Assembly (NCBI GenBank): GCA_023920165.1
Contig: CP089281.1
Span: 1,860,001-1,924,000, forward strand
Reading direction: 5' to 3'
DNA: 64,000 nt
Source: Curvularia clavata
Lineage: Eukaryota
Each line of letters starts with the position of its first letter. Within the stretch, counting starts at the first letter, position 1. Shown piece after piece: positions 48,831 through 62,265 of this stretch. A model generated the notes under the pieces. The model saw only the letters and a list, made by a program, of their open reading frames with translations. It searched no databases and was not told where the DNA came from. The translations under genes were made by a program, and so were the position numbers.

Positions 48831-51214
48831 TATGGGCAGATTTGAAGTCTGGATCGATCTAATCCTGTTCGCGATGCTGCTTGTGTGTTCTACAACTCTA
48901 ACACGGGAAGCATCGCTTTCTTTATATTTCCTTCTGCTGCATCCCTTGACCAGCTATCGATGGAGGCCCTATTTTCAATAAGGCTCTTAGCCTACATACC
49001 TTTGATGTCTGGTGCAACATCGATACTGCTTAGACCAGTATAGGAAATGTCAGTCTGAAAGGATCATCAGGCGCGCTGCACGTAGCGCCAAGCAGTAGGA
49101 TCATGTAGGGCATTCCACTTACAATCTTTATTCCCTTTGGTCTGAAGCCGGAACAAGGGTCTTAGAAAGACATTCAGGCGTGCTGCATGCATCGCCAAGT
49201 GACTTGGTTATGCAGGGCATCCCGTTTGCCATCACACTTAAGAACTAGTGTTCATCAAATCGAGGAACCACAGCGAAACCAGAGCTACCATTTTCATTCC
49301 GCGGCTCTTCCTTTGTTGTTAAATGAAACTGAGGTGATAGCATACAAAGCACATATCTAACCCATGATCGGCTTAAGATAGACAGTTAGCGGAATGTATA
49401 CAGTTCTTATGACATCTTGCTAATCGTTATGTCCTTATAGTTGTTCCAATTCAGCAATACTCGCAAGTGGTTTTCGCCAACCAGGGCACGTTAATACATT
49501 ATATGAATGCACAGCCCAATTTTGGTTCTCGACCTTTTTTTTTGTTTGCGACAAAGCCAAGTACATGTTTGACCAGGACATATGTGAGCATAATGTATGT
49601 ACAAGCCAATCATAGACAATCCGTGCTAATTTTGAGCAAACATGTCTATAAATAGCGGTAAACGACCACTGTGACATGGCCAGGCTTCAAAGATGCGTAG
49701 GTATCCAGGCAGCTAAAAGCGGCCCCCACAATACGGGAGGATTATAATCTTGGCAGGAATGCGGAGTTGCAGATACGACTTCGACTAGTCTTTCATGTTG
49801 GCTGTCAGATACGAGTACAGAAGATACGCTTGCCGATATTTGGATTGGTGTGTGTGAGTATTGCGCGCACTTGTTTTATACATTGATTGAGTTTAAGCGA
49901 GGCCCGGTTCACCAATGAGCATCGAACTACACTTAACACCTGAAGCCGTAAAACAGCTCCTAGATTACATGAAGCGCCCGAAACGATGTGAAATCGAATG
50001 CTTACAATGTGAAGCACATATGTTGCCTCGTAAATCGACTCGCAGTGAGCATTCACCCTCGCTTTGGAGGACCCATCATGTTTACTTGCATTCACAACGT
50101 CGACCGATTATACACCCATCCTAAAATCCAGGATGACATGTTCGAAGCTACCCGAAGACATTTTCCACAATGAATCAGACGCTCGTGTCTCTTTTGACAG
50201 GCGTATGGTCGTTGCGGCTCTAGTCACATCTTACATAATACTAAGCAAAGTGAATAACATTATAAGGAATACGGCCTTCGACTAATAGACTACAAGAGTA
50301 GAAAGCCGATACATCTCGCCATCATGTATCACAATCGCTACTTACTGTTGGAGATTGTCACTATGTTCTTCCTTCTCACCGGTCTATCTCTTCGGCTAAG
50401 AGCCCAGCTGTACTTGGTAAAACATGTTAAACCTTCAAAGCCGAGAGCGAATCACGACCCTTGACTTCGCATTTCCAGTAGCTATCAAGGCAAAAACAAA
50501 AACATACGACAGCGGGGATTCGCTAGTGGTCACCCGCCTAGCTACTAACTCACCGGTTTCGAGTTTAAGTACAGCAGATCAGACGAGATGCTCTGGTTGT
50601 CTCGAACCTATGGTCGTATGTGCTGGGTATTGGCGAAGGTATGATTGATGTTGCGGTGGTTCTCTGAACGTGCAGAGTTCGCTGCTGACAGGCTCAAGAC
50701 CCACTGACGTGCCGTCGATTGGCCATGTGCTTGTACTTGCACTCGGCCAACTCTTATATGAATACTAGATTTGGAGATTAGATTCAAAAGATGGGTGTTC
50801 GGCAGAACTGCAAAGCATAGTTGGCGCCTCGGTGACTTACCGTCGTCGCAAGCTGACCGCCAAGCTCTGAGCCTATCAAACAAACGCGATAGTGCTGACA
50901 CGCTTGCAATTTCGTTAGTAGGAGCGGTGGTGCTAATGCGAAGGGAAAATTGTTTTGTCTGATGAACCGCAGTGAGCTGATTGAGTATCGTTACCAGAAG
51001 AAGCATATCTGTTACCTATCACCTGTTCTCCGATTAGATGATTGGCCTAGTGGATACGGAGTACGATGGATCTCCGCTAGTATGTCGGTACGATGAACAG
51101 GAATGATAAGGCTACTGCATAATGTCTCTGGGGTGTCATGGCATTTGGAGACCATCAGATGCATTTCTCTCTCCAATTCTTCCGATAGCATTATGACGGA
51201 CTGAAGAGGAGCCT

Positions 51215-51952
51215 TTATTTGATACCAACAGCCTTGAGGAACTTGGCTTTTTGCACATCGGCAGGGTGATTTGGTGCCTCTAGGCCCTTTACAACGTCAC
51301 TTATACTCTCCATTTCCTTGACACCTGTACCATGTGCAAAGTGCCAAAGCTCTTCCTCCTCGTAGCGTACTTGAAAAGCTTGCCAATTTTGGGCTTTGAG
51401 TAGATTGATGTGCTCTGTGACAGCTGGCGATGGACCTGAGTAGATAAGAACACCGGGGTAGCCTGGTCTAGTAAGACCTGACACGGGGGGTGTCGAAGGC
51501 GGCGGCGAGAGGGCAAGTTTGCGCTTGTTGGTATTCAAAAGGTGGTGCAGCCATACAATGACTGTTTTTGGGATGTGTGAAAGATGATTGGTATCTGATG
51601 TTGAGCTACTATTCTGCTCTGTTGAGTCTGAGTGGCCAGGGGCAGATTCGGCAAGTTGCTTGAAAGCAGCTACAATGGCATCGAGCGCCTCCTCTCCGTC
51701 GGCCAAGTTCAAGTCTCGTACAGCCCGTCTCAACTGCACCCGCAGGTCATTCTTGGCCGCGTCAGTCGCAGCAATGATATCGGGAAACGCAGACTCGGGA
51801 TACGTGTCCGGTAGGCGAAGAAGAAAGGAAGAGTGATCATCATTGGCGAACTTTAACTCGCGCGAGTTGGGGTTGTAGTGTGTCTGGTCGGGATACATGG
51901 CCTGGAGTAGCTCGAGCTCGGTTTCAAGGCGGGTGGGTCCTTGGTCCGGCAT
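51215..51952 (-). CDS. RWD-domain/DUF1115 protein (RWDD2-like)
   Basis: ELELLQAMYP, LRLPDTYP, VIVWLHHLLNTNKRK, GLTRPGYPGVLIYSG, LKAQNWQ; likely start MPDQGPT at 51952, not the longer track ORF. Confidence 0.85.
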   Translation of the reverse strand: MPDQGPTRLETELELLQAMYPDQTHYNPNSRELKFANDDHSSFLLRLPDTYPESAFPDIIAATDAAKNDLRVQLRRAVRDLNLADGEEALDAIVAAFKQLAESAPGHSDSTEQNSSSTSDTNHLSHIPKTVIVWLHHLLNTNKRKLALSPPPSTPPVSGLTRPGYPGVLIYSGPSPAVTEHINLLKAQNWQAFQVRYEEEELWHFAHGTGVKEMESISDVVKGLEAPNHPADVQKAKFLKAVGIK

Positions 51953-52899
51953 GATGGCGGCTGGCTGACGAGCTCGTCGACGACGACTCTGCTGCAAGTC
52001 TTTGTCGTTTCCCAATGCAGTCCAGGGGGGCAGCAGCGGTCCTTTTTCTCGGCTTCTCTGGCAGATTGGGAGCCAATGGGTGGGTTTGCGTCTTGGCTGC
52101 TTGACTCCACCCACTATGCGGTTGCGCCGGAGACGTGACGCGATCGCGATCCACCTGGAGCCCGTGCATCTGGGAGCACTTGAGAACGACGGCTGCCACA
52201 ACGACGGGGCCATGGTGCATGCCCGCATAACTCATCAGAGGCACAGTCTACCGTAGAGTGCATAAGTGGCGTCGTAAGAAGCTTTGCATCTCGCTTGCGT
52301 CTCACGTTCAGCTTGCGATCGCCAGGGTGTATGCGGATGCGATTCATCACGAACCGATGGCACTCGAGTTGGAGCGTGTCGACGGGCTGCGGGAGCGTCT
52401 GGCCTTGTCCGCGGACCGAGACGAGGACGGATTGCATACAGGCCTTGTTTGTGTTTCTTTTGCGACTGACTAGATATATGTGGAGGGTGTGGTGCCTGGC
52501 CCAGGTGACGGTGAAACCATGCCCATTAGGCATCCCAAGGCGGCTAGCGCCAGACGCGGAACGTTCGCGCTGCCAGGCTCGTGTCCAGCCGGCCTACAGA
52601 CAGGGCGCCAACCACCCACGGCCCATGAATGGCCTCAAGGACTACCTCTAGCGATCTGCATGCTGATAAAGAAAACACTGGCTCCTCATCTGTAGCCTTG
52701 CAACTCATCTTTAGCTCGACACCCGCCCTCACTCTAACCACGACTCTGGCACGAGCTCCCTCAGACCATCACTGTCTTTGACTATAGTCTCACACCACCA
52801 CCACCTTGACCACCACCGCCGCCCTCAGGTTTGCAGACCGCCCTGTGTACACGAAGCCGCCGCCATTGACCCGGCCCATGAGCCGTGCCTACGCCCACG

Positions 52900-55287
52900 A
52901 TGAAGGCTGCTCCGCTGCTGGTGTCCTGGCACAACGAGAATGCACCCATCTATTCGGCTCACTTTGAGCCTCACGGCAAGGGACGCCTGGCAACGGCTGG
53001 AGGAGACAACAATGTTCGGGTACGCCATGCCAGCAAACACCAGCCGCCGACATCCGCTGACAGGAACAACAGCTCTGGAACGTCGAGGCGCATGGAGAGG
53101 AGCGCAAGGTCACATACCTGTCGACGCTCGTAAAGCACACACAAGCCGTCAACGTTGTACGATGGTGTCCACGGGGTACTTGAAGGCCACTCTTGCATGC
53201 AGGCAGCACAGCTAATACCTACAGGTGAAATGCTTGCCAGCGCGGGTGACGACGGCAACGTCCTACTCTGGGTCCCTGCCGAAAACCAGACGACACATAC
53301 AAACTTCGAAGAAGGTCTGGAGGACAAGGAGACGTGGCGGGTCAAGGCCATGTGCAGATCCATAGGCTCCGAAATCTACGACCTTGCCTGGTCCCCTGAC
53401 GGTGTCTTCTTCATCACTGGCAGCATGGACAACATTGCCCGCATATACAACGCTCAGACTGGAAGCATCGTACGGCAAATCGCCGAGCACAACCACTACG
53501 TCCAAGGTGTAGCGTGGGATCCTATGAACGAATACATTGCAACGCAGTCGTCCGACCGATCCGTACACATCTACACGCTCAAGAATAAGGATGGCCAGTT
53601 CTCCCTGGCGCAGCATAGCAAGGTCACCAAGATGGATCTGCCCGCACGACGAGTGTCTTCAAATAGTCCTGCACCACCCGACTTTGGCGGCCGAGCTTCA
53701 TTCGTAGGCGATTCCGCACTGGCAATCGGCTCTCCTGTACCCTCCATGCCTGGCACACCACAATCTCTCGCCCTGCCGACCATGCATCCGCCGCCAACTT
53801 CGCATAGTCGCCGTTCGTCATTTGGCTCCTCGCCATCCATGCGCCGCTCTGCCTCGCCAGCTCCATCTATGCCCCTACCCGCTGTCATGCCAAACTCCCC
53901 CAGTATCGGCAGTATTGGCACCATTGGTGTCCGGAACGCCCCAATATACTTCAATGAGACTCTGACATCCTTCTTCCGACGTCTCACCTTTGCCCCTGAT
54001 GGAAGCTTACTATTCACTCCAGCAGGCCAGTACAAGGCACTGCATCCGTCGGTCGGTGATGCAAAGCCAGCAGAAGATATTACTAACACTGTGTACATCT
54101 ACACTAGGGCGGGGCTGAACAAGCCTCCTGTGGCTTACCTGCCAGGCCACAAGAAGCCTTCAGTTGCTGTGCGTTGCTCGCCAGTATACTACACCCTACG
54201 TCAGACCACTCCCGCAACGAGGCACATCACCATTGACACGTCCAACATGGACGATGAGATCCCATCTTTGCCTGAGCCTGTTATGCCCTCCAAGCCTCCG
54301 ACATCACACTCTTCCATGGATCCGCCGCCTATCACAAGTGCGCCATCGCCATCGCCGAGCGTATCAGCATCGGCACCATCACCCGCTGATGGTGAGACAT
54401 CCACGCCTGCTGGGCCCGTATCCGCCTTCACACTTCCATATCGCATGATTTATGCTGTTGCAACACAGGATGCCATTCATATATATGATACGCAACAGCA
54501 GAAGCCACTCTGCATAGTTAGCAACTTGCACTTTGCGACGTTCACGGACATTACATGGTCTAATGATGGATCCATGCTACTAATGACATCCTCAGATGGC
54601 TTCTGCTCCTCGATAACATTTGCGCCAGGCGAGCTGGGAGAAAAATATACGGGACCATTGGCTGTGCACGCCAGACACACGCCGGTTCCCATTAACACAA
54701 CCGCCAGCCAGGCATCAAATCACTCGACCCCAACGCCCACCCCAACAGCCACGGCACCTCCAATGCAAAGACAACCATCTGCAGGCTTCCCAGCCTCCCC
54801 CAGCTCATTTGTTCCAGCAAGACCAGGCAGCCCAACGAGGAGCAACTCGGTGTCCAGCATAGCTACAGCCTCGTCCTTTGCTCCCGGTGTGGGCGATCAG
54901 GGGGGCAACATGAATGCGCCGACGCCAGTCATGTCATCAGTTCCGAGTATTGCAGCGGCTAACTCTGGGCCGGTTCCAATGTGGACACCACCGCTCACCC
55001 CTGCTCCTGGCCATGGCAATAGCCAGGGTGGGACACATAGTGCAAACAGTTCGGTCAGTGGGATTCCGCATGTCGGACAGAAAGAGAGTGAACGAAGCGA
55101 ATCCGACCGCGATGATGGGGCGTCATCGTCCAAGAAACGAGAACTCAACCCTGCCACAGAGGCCGAGACCGAAACCACAAGGGACAACAAGAGGCGGAGG
55201 ATTGCACCAACGCCTGTTGCCTTGACAATGGAAGGAGATGAGGAGGCCATCGTTAGCACCGAGGAGGAGACACCTGGCCAACAATGA
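52900..55287 (+). CDS. CAC2: Chromatin assembly factor 1 subunit B (p60, WD40)
   Basis: SWHNENAPIYSAHF..RLATAGGDNNVRLW, HTQAVNVVRW, EHNHYVQGVAWDP, TSFFRRLTFAPDGSLL, LPYRMIYAVAT, C-terminal KRRRIAP; two early introns. Confidence 0.95.
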
Positions 55288-55952
55288 ACAGTTTGTGACG
55301 TTCATCTTTCCTTTTACAAAGCGTCAATACTGCTTAAGCGTTTCTCCAGCACGGCGTTTGGGATATCAAGTACTGCTCCGTGAGCTGTGGTGTTGATTTT
55401 GAGCGATGTGCAAAGAGCTTTATTTTTTGGCGTTGTCCCAGGAACCAAAGTCATCATTTGTCTACTGTACGAAGGTACGCAGGGCCATATTCACAGATAG
55501 GTCACAATCAACACAGATATATAATCTAGTAACTAGTCGTAACACGAAAGGAAAAAGTACGGTATGTCTTCGTTGCAGAGGTCAAGACGTGATTGCGCAA
55601 GATAGTCGTGTGTTAGCGCCTACCCATGTTGGTATGGCGTGCTTCCAAGCACTCCAAGAGGCATCGGCTCAATCTTTGCCCTGTAAGAGACTCGCCACTT
55701 ATCGTGCCGACCAATCACGGCTCTGCATCCGCCCTCGCGGTCAGGTTCAGACATTGCGTTTGCTGCAAGTTTACGGGTGCAAGATACTCGGTGCAGGTGA
55801 CATGGATCGACCTACCCCTCGCGTGTCCCCCGGGTCATTCTGCTTTTGTTTTTCTTTGCATTTGACCTGAGTGTCGCGTGCAGTCCGAACCCTAACATAC
55901 ATAGCCGCCGAAGCACGCACAAAACACCAACCCCAGCGTGGTACAGACAGAC

Positions 55953-57844
55953 ATGGATGTGCCAATCAAGACGGGAGATGACCAGATGCTGGAGCGAGAC
56001 GCCGAGCATGGCCATACTACGCACCCATACGATGACACGAGTAGTCTAGGCAAAGATGACATTCTGCAACTCGAGCATACCGACCCTGTGCTGAACGCCA
56101 AGATGCATCTGGTCAACAATGCTATTGACGAGGCAAGTTTATCAGACGTGTGCCGTCTTGCCGACATTGCATTCATGCTAATTTCCGCCCCTCACAGATT
56201 GGCTTCACCAGATACCAATGGAAGGTACCACATTTCCAGGACTCCCAAGACTCACTCTAGACGCATTCTAACCCTGTGACCAACGTAAAGCTGTTTATCC
56301 TCAATGGCTTCGGCTACGCAGTCGATTCGCTCATCTTGCTCATCCAATCCATCATCGCTGGCCAGGCCGCGCTGGAATTTCACCCTTCCTACGCCAACGG
56401 CTTGACCATTGCCGCCTATGTGGGCATGCTTACAGGCGCCTTGTTTTGGGGCTTGACGGCAGACATCATGGGCCGCAAGATTGCCTTCAACGTTAGCTTG
56501 TTGATTTGCTCCATCTTCGCCATTGTTGCGGGTGCAAGCCCCAACTGGGAAGTCCTGGGTCTGTTTGTGTGTCTGAGCGCTTTTGGTGGCGGTGGAAATC
56601 TCGTCTTGGATACGGCTGTTTTCCTCGAGTATCTGCCTAGCTATAGGCAATGGATGCTTACGCTCATGGCAGCTTGGTGGGGTACGCTGGCACCGGTTTT
56701 TCTTTTTCTTTTTCCTCTTCCTTCCAGGGCAGAGACGTGTCCCAAGCCATTAAAAAACACGATCCTGATACTAATATGTGGGAAAACTAGGTATTGGCCA
56801 ACTCGTCGCTGGTTTTCTAGCTTGGGCATTCATTCCCAATTTCAGCTGCACCGACCCGTCTGTTGATCCATCTGCTCCTCCATGTACCAAAGCCAACAAC
56901 AAGGGTTGGCGGTACGTGTGGTATGCGGCCGGTTCGCTCGTGTTCGTCATGTCCATTCTCCGAATCACGGTGATCCGGCTCCAAGAAACACCAAAGTTCC
57001 TCGTTGGTGAGGGCAGAGACGCCGAGTGCGTGGAAATCCTTCAATTCATTGCTAAAAAGTACAATCGCCCATGTAGCCTCACATTGGAACGCATGCAAGA
57101 ATGCGGCACCATCCAACGCGCGGTTGCCAGAGAAGGGAAGAGCAAATGGGGCTTTGGAGAAGTGATGATGCATCTTCGTGGCTTATACGCGACCAAACGC
57201 ATCGGCATTTCTACGTCCCTAATCTGGCTCTCCTGGACACTGATCGGTCTCGCATATCCCCTGTACAACGTCTTTCTCCCCGCCTATCTTGCCTCGCGCG
57301 GCGCAGCTTTCGGCCAGCCCAGCCCGTACATCACGTGGCGCAACTACACGCTCGTCAACTTCAGTGGCATCTGGGGACCCGTGCTGGCAGGATGGATGTG
57401 CAGTACGAAGTTAGGCAGAAAGTATACCATGGTGATTGGGGCGCTCATCACCATGGCATTTTTCTTTGCCTACACGCAGGTGCGAACAGCGACACAAAAC
57501 GTTGCGTTTACGTGCATCATCAACTTTTGTCTGAACATCTACTATGGTACTTTGTACGCATATACGCCGGAGGTGCTGCCTAGTGCGCACCGAGGGACGG
57601 GCAACGGGATTGCCATTGGGTGGAATCGGATCATGGGTATTTTGAGTGCAGTGATTGCTACAGTTTCGGATGTAAGTCACGATTATTATTTTTTGGTTTC
57701 AAGCAGCGATTGGAATTGTTTACTAACGCGAAATGGCAGACTGGAACTGCTGTGCCAATCTATATCTGTGCGGCATTGTACATCTTCATGGCAGGTATCG
57801 CTGCCGTGTTTCCCTTTGAGCCATACGGTAAACGGAGCTCTTGA
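55953..57844 (+). CDS. MFS transporter (SV2/sugar-porter-like)
   Basis: AIDEIGFTRYQWKLFILNGFGYAVD, ADIMGRKIAFN, ETPKFL, YAYTPEVLPSAHRGTG; four introns, the first with a GC donor. Confidence 0.92.
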
Positions 57845-58597
57845 TCAAAGCACTTAATCGTACCAAGTGCTTTTGCAGGATAGTATCAACGTGGGCTAGT
57901 TGGCGGAATCAGGAACTAAACATTCTTGTTCTTGGCGACTGCTAGGCTGGTTAGCATGATGTCCACATCAGCCATGGTGCTGTCAACAAGAAACGAACGT
58001 CTTTCATATGGGCGCAGCAAGATAGCAAACCGCCTTAGTAAACTAGCTGTCTGCTTCAAACTGTTGAAGCATACTAAAACAGCATCAACGAGGTGTCTTT
58101 CCCATAGTTCTCAGCTCCCCCCTCTACATCTGTCATAAAATACCTCAAACCGCACGCTCCACAACCTTATTTCCACATACCCCATCTCTTCTCCAACAGC
58201 TTCCCCAAATTACCCCCTTTGCTCAAACACATCCAGCTCCACATCGCCCAATCACCAAAGGTACCAACTAACTAACCGGCCAGCCCGTCGCGTGCCGGCT
58301 CGCCTTCTCCGCTCCACGCGCGCCCGCCGATCGCTAACTAAAACTTAATCTCACTTTTGGGGGGATGGGGCCTCCAGATACACGACTGAGGAAACTACGA
58401 GTGCAGATACGAAGTATGACAAGCTTTTTTTTTGTCTTCGGGCGGTAGATGCGCAGACGCACATGGATGATGGTGTTGGGTATGCAGGGTCCAGAGGCGG
58501 AGCCAGAGCCGCGATCTCATTTGCTGACAGTGTATGTAGGGTAAGCTGGCTGCTTGCGTGGTGAGGGAGGCGAGGCTTCAGGGTCCAAGGTGTGGAT

Positions 58598-58613
58598 GGG
58601 GGGGGGGGGGGGG
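58598..58613. repeat. Poly-G tract (16 G)
   Basis: Read directly from the sequence. Confidence 0.85.
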
Positions 58614-61199
58614 AAGGGGTGTGTGTTTAATGGTGCAGTGGATGGAAAGAAGTGTAAGAGAGGGCTACGAGTTTCTTTGGTTTACTATGTAGGATAATAC
58701 AATGCTTGGATGCAAAGATATGAATGTTCTGCCTTCAACGAGTTACCATTTCCAGAGAACATGCGTGGCTTGCGTTGCTACTTGCCCTTTTCGACTCCTA
58801 CGCATGGACCCGAGTTGTGGCCAACATTACCATCAGCATGTTCAGAATCTTGTCTTGACGCATGCTTACTTTCTTTTCAGTCACGGGTTGAGGGGGTTTC
58901 GGCTGTAAGAGGACTTTGCTTCTTCGTTCTGGACCATCTGCACGTGTTTGCTGCTCTGGGCATTCTTATTCCCAGGAGCTAGGCAGTTCGGGGGGACCTG
59001 GAGTCCGAGCTGAGCTGAGGTTCCAGGCAAGAGTCTGTTACCGAGACAAAACTATAGGTGGGAGGCTACAATACCCAACTGTCTGGTGCTGGGGGGTGAC
59101 GAGGCTACTCGCGGGCTCGCTGGCTGCCTGAAGCTGATTCTGACAAGCCATGACTGGGGCGACGGTGCTCTGGGCTAAACCCATGTGCCAATCACCGTTC
59201 ACGTGGATTTGTGTACAGGCCCCAATTTTCTTACCCAGACCCGGCCAGTGTTATGAGGAAAAGTTGACGGTTTGGCTCGCCTAACATGTGCATCTGCGTA
59301 GTATGTGGGCCAAGCTGGATGTGCGTGCTAGCACAGCGGCTGTGAACCGGACAAGGGTTGTGCTAGTACCATGTCGACTGTATCAAGGGCGCCATAGATC
59401 AGTTAGTACGGCAATCTCCAAAAGCCCATTGCTTGATGACGCAGGATTCTTTGCTAGTTGTCAAGTGCATTTTCGGCTGGCTCGGTTAACGGATCGTCTA
59501 CCGGACTGGCCATGAGTCGGATGCAGAGCTGAGAAGTCTGAGCTAGGGCGTTGTGCACGGGGCTGAGGATTGTGGCGCAAAACATCGGTATAAGGGTATA
59601 GGGATGTCCCATGGATAAATGACAGTTTGGTACAGTGCGGGAGACGCGTTTGCATGAAGTGTAGAGGCATTATCAAAAACCCGAACCGGGCTAGTGATGC
59701 AACACAAAGTGACAAGAAGCGTGGCCGAAGCTGCAAGGTGGAAAAGGTTCGCACCGTTTGACGATGCTGCTCTGCTAGTGGTTGTGCATGCTGGCAATGT
59801 GATTAGGCTGTTGAGGCGCCCATTCCGAGATGCAAGATTTGCGCCAGAGTGCGGGGCTGAGAACTTTATCGTACACAGAAGATTGTCTTGCACATGGCCA
59901 TGGGAGATATGCTTAGCAGTCGGAGGTTTTTAGTTCCAAGACACACAGAGTGACAGGTCGGGGTAATGTGGTAAGAAAATGGTCATTACATGTGCATACT
60001 CATTTAGGGCTGAGCAGCCGGTGGTCTCTGGGTCGGAATCGTTGCCCGACTGACGCTCAAGGCACATGGCCCACTTGACCAGCTGGGAGGAGAAAAAAAA
60101 AACTGTTTTGAAGTTATTACCCTCTAGGACTGGCATGCTGTCAAGGTCGGCCTTGTTCCAAGTGGCCGATGTCCAACCGGGCCTTGTCTCCATGGCACGG
60201 CGCGGGCTCGGGGCAACAGGACCGCGCCAGAGAGTTGCAGGTGATTGGCGGGACGTGGGGTATATACAGTGCGTCGGCTCTGGAACAGTAGGTGGCTTGA
60301 GGATTGGCCTAGTGCTGACTGACAGGCAGGACTGATCGACAGGCCTTGTCAATGTTCCCCTTGTATGCCCATGTCGAGGGTTCGGTGTCCACCTACCAGA
60401 TGCAAGCGATGGTCATGGCCATGGCCATGGCTGAGGCCAGAATGCCAAGGGACACGGGACTGAGTGGATACACACTTTGCTCAACCTGGCGAGCCTCACA
60501 ATGTCTCTGAAGACCCAAGGCGGGGTATCGCGGCCTCAGTGTCTGTCAACTGATACTAGATACTATGTAGTATCGGGGTGCATGTCCGGGCCATGATTGC
60601 GAAGCCGCAGTCAGCAACGGTTCCGCTGACCAGGGAGTAGTCGGGAGCACGTTAGTGAGACTGATGCGGTTAACAGCTGCGGCATCAGCATCGACAACAC
60701 TGCACTCAGCCACAGATGCAAGCGAAGTCGAAGTAGCCCGCACTTGTACATGTTGCGAGAAGGACGGCCTGGTTGCTGTGGGTTGGGTGGCCGAATAGGA
60801 GGCGAGCCGTGCATGCAGCAGTGGCGGGCAGGGCATGTCGATTCGAGCAAGGCCACGAAGAATATGGTCTGGGAAACGCCAGCTAAGCAGCCATTTGCGT
60901 CGAAACCGTTGTGCTGGGGTGGGTGTGCGATGCATGTGCGCTACCGGTCGTGTACTTTGGCCCAAGTGGGCTGAAGGCGACGGGAGTGATCACCTCTAAG
61001 CTCCATCCCTACCTGTGCGTTGCAAATATAAGATCCGCAGCTTCAGCTGCCCATGGCGAGTCCTGTTTCCGGCTCATTTCGTTTTGGGGCACACTGAAGG
61101 CTGGCCTCTACAGATTGTTAGCTTGGTGTACACATACATATACCATCTCCCTCGACATCGACAGCGTTGGCCGTGTTTCGCCGGCGACCCAAAGACACC

Positions 61200-62265
61200 A
61201 TGGAATACAATTACTACGGCGCGCCCCAGCAGCCATACGCCCATCTCATGGGCGTCAGCCCGCCCTCGTTTGCCCACTCGGGGCTGGAAACGGATGCGGC
61301 ACGGAGCATTGTGAGTCTTTGTTTTTTCTTTTTCCTTGGTGGTGTGACGGACGCCGTGGATTCGGGCCTGCTACATACATGGCGGTGATCCTGACTAATC
61401 TGGCGCTGCCTGCACAGGAACCTCTCGACGCCATCCTGTTTCCCACCTACGATGCCATTGGATTCACCAACGGTCTGCCCACCCCGCAACAGGGCTCTCC
61501 AGAAAACCCATCAGCAACCACACCCATGCCCGTCGGCAGCGTAGACTCGGGCATAGGCGCAGAGTACGACGATGGCCGGATCAGCCGGACGCGTAGCAGC
61601 AGTGAGGAGAAGGACAACCTGACGCCTGCCCAGAGCAGGCGAAAGGCACAGAACCGGGCAGCGTAAGCCTCTCTGCCCCCCTGCCACTGCTTAAGTACTC
61701 GATACTGACCCTCTCTCCTCGATACAGTCAGCGTGCCTTTCGTGAACGCAAGGAGCGACATGTCAAGGAACTCGAGACCAAGCTCTCCGCCCTCGAATCC
61801 AGCACACACTCGTTGCAGTCCGACAATGAACGCCTGAAAGCTGCCCTCCAACGTGCCCGTACCGAGAATGAGATCCTGCGCGCCACTAGCGGCCACGCAT
61901 CTGCATCGCCCCCAGCCCCAGTATCTGCAAGCTATCCTTCGCCCGGTGCCCATCTCCTCCTGGAAGAGGACGAGAAAGACGACTTGTACAACGTCCAGCC
62001 CCTAAGCAACGGCGCCGTCATCAACGCAGCCGACAAGGAACACTCCCGCCAACAGGCCAGGGACAAGGAAGTCCCCGCTGCCAAGGCATGGGACCTTATT
62101 CAGTCGCATACCCTCGTCAAGCAAGGCCTCGTAGACGTGGCCGACGTGTGTGAGCGGCTCAGAGGCTCCGCCAAGTGTGATGGCCATGGCCCCGTCTTTG
62201 AAGAGAGCGCCATCTGGCAAGCCATCGATGAGTCGCGGCGCTGTGGAGGCGATGAACTAATATGA
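61200..62265 (+). CDS. bZIP transcription factor, AP-1/Fcr3-like
   Basis: SSSEEKDNLTPAQSRRKAQNRAAQRAFRERKERHVKELE basic-zipper region and C-terminal AWDLIQSH..DVADVCERLRGSAKCDGHGPVF; two introns. Confidence 0.9.

Noticed and set aside
49915..50285. Short frame-broken ORFs with a CxxC motif
   Set aside because: No recognisable family; chance cannot be excluded.
57847..57873. 9-bp hairpin just after the MFS stop codon
   Set aside because: Resembles a bacterial terminator, but the sequence is eukaryotic and the stem is short enough to arise by chance.
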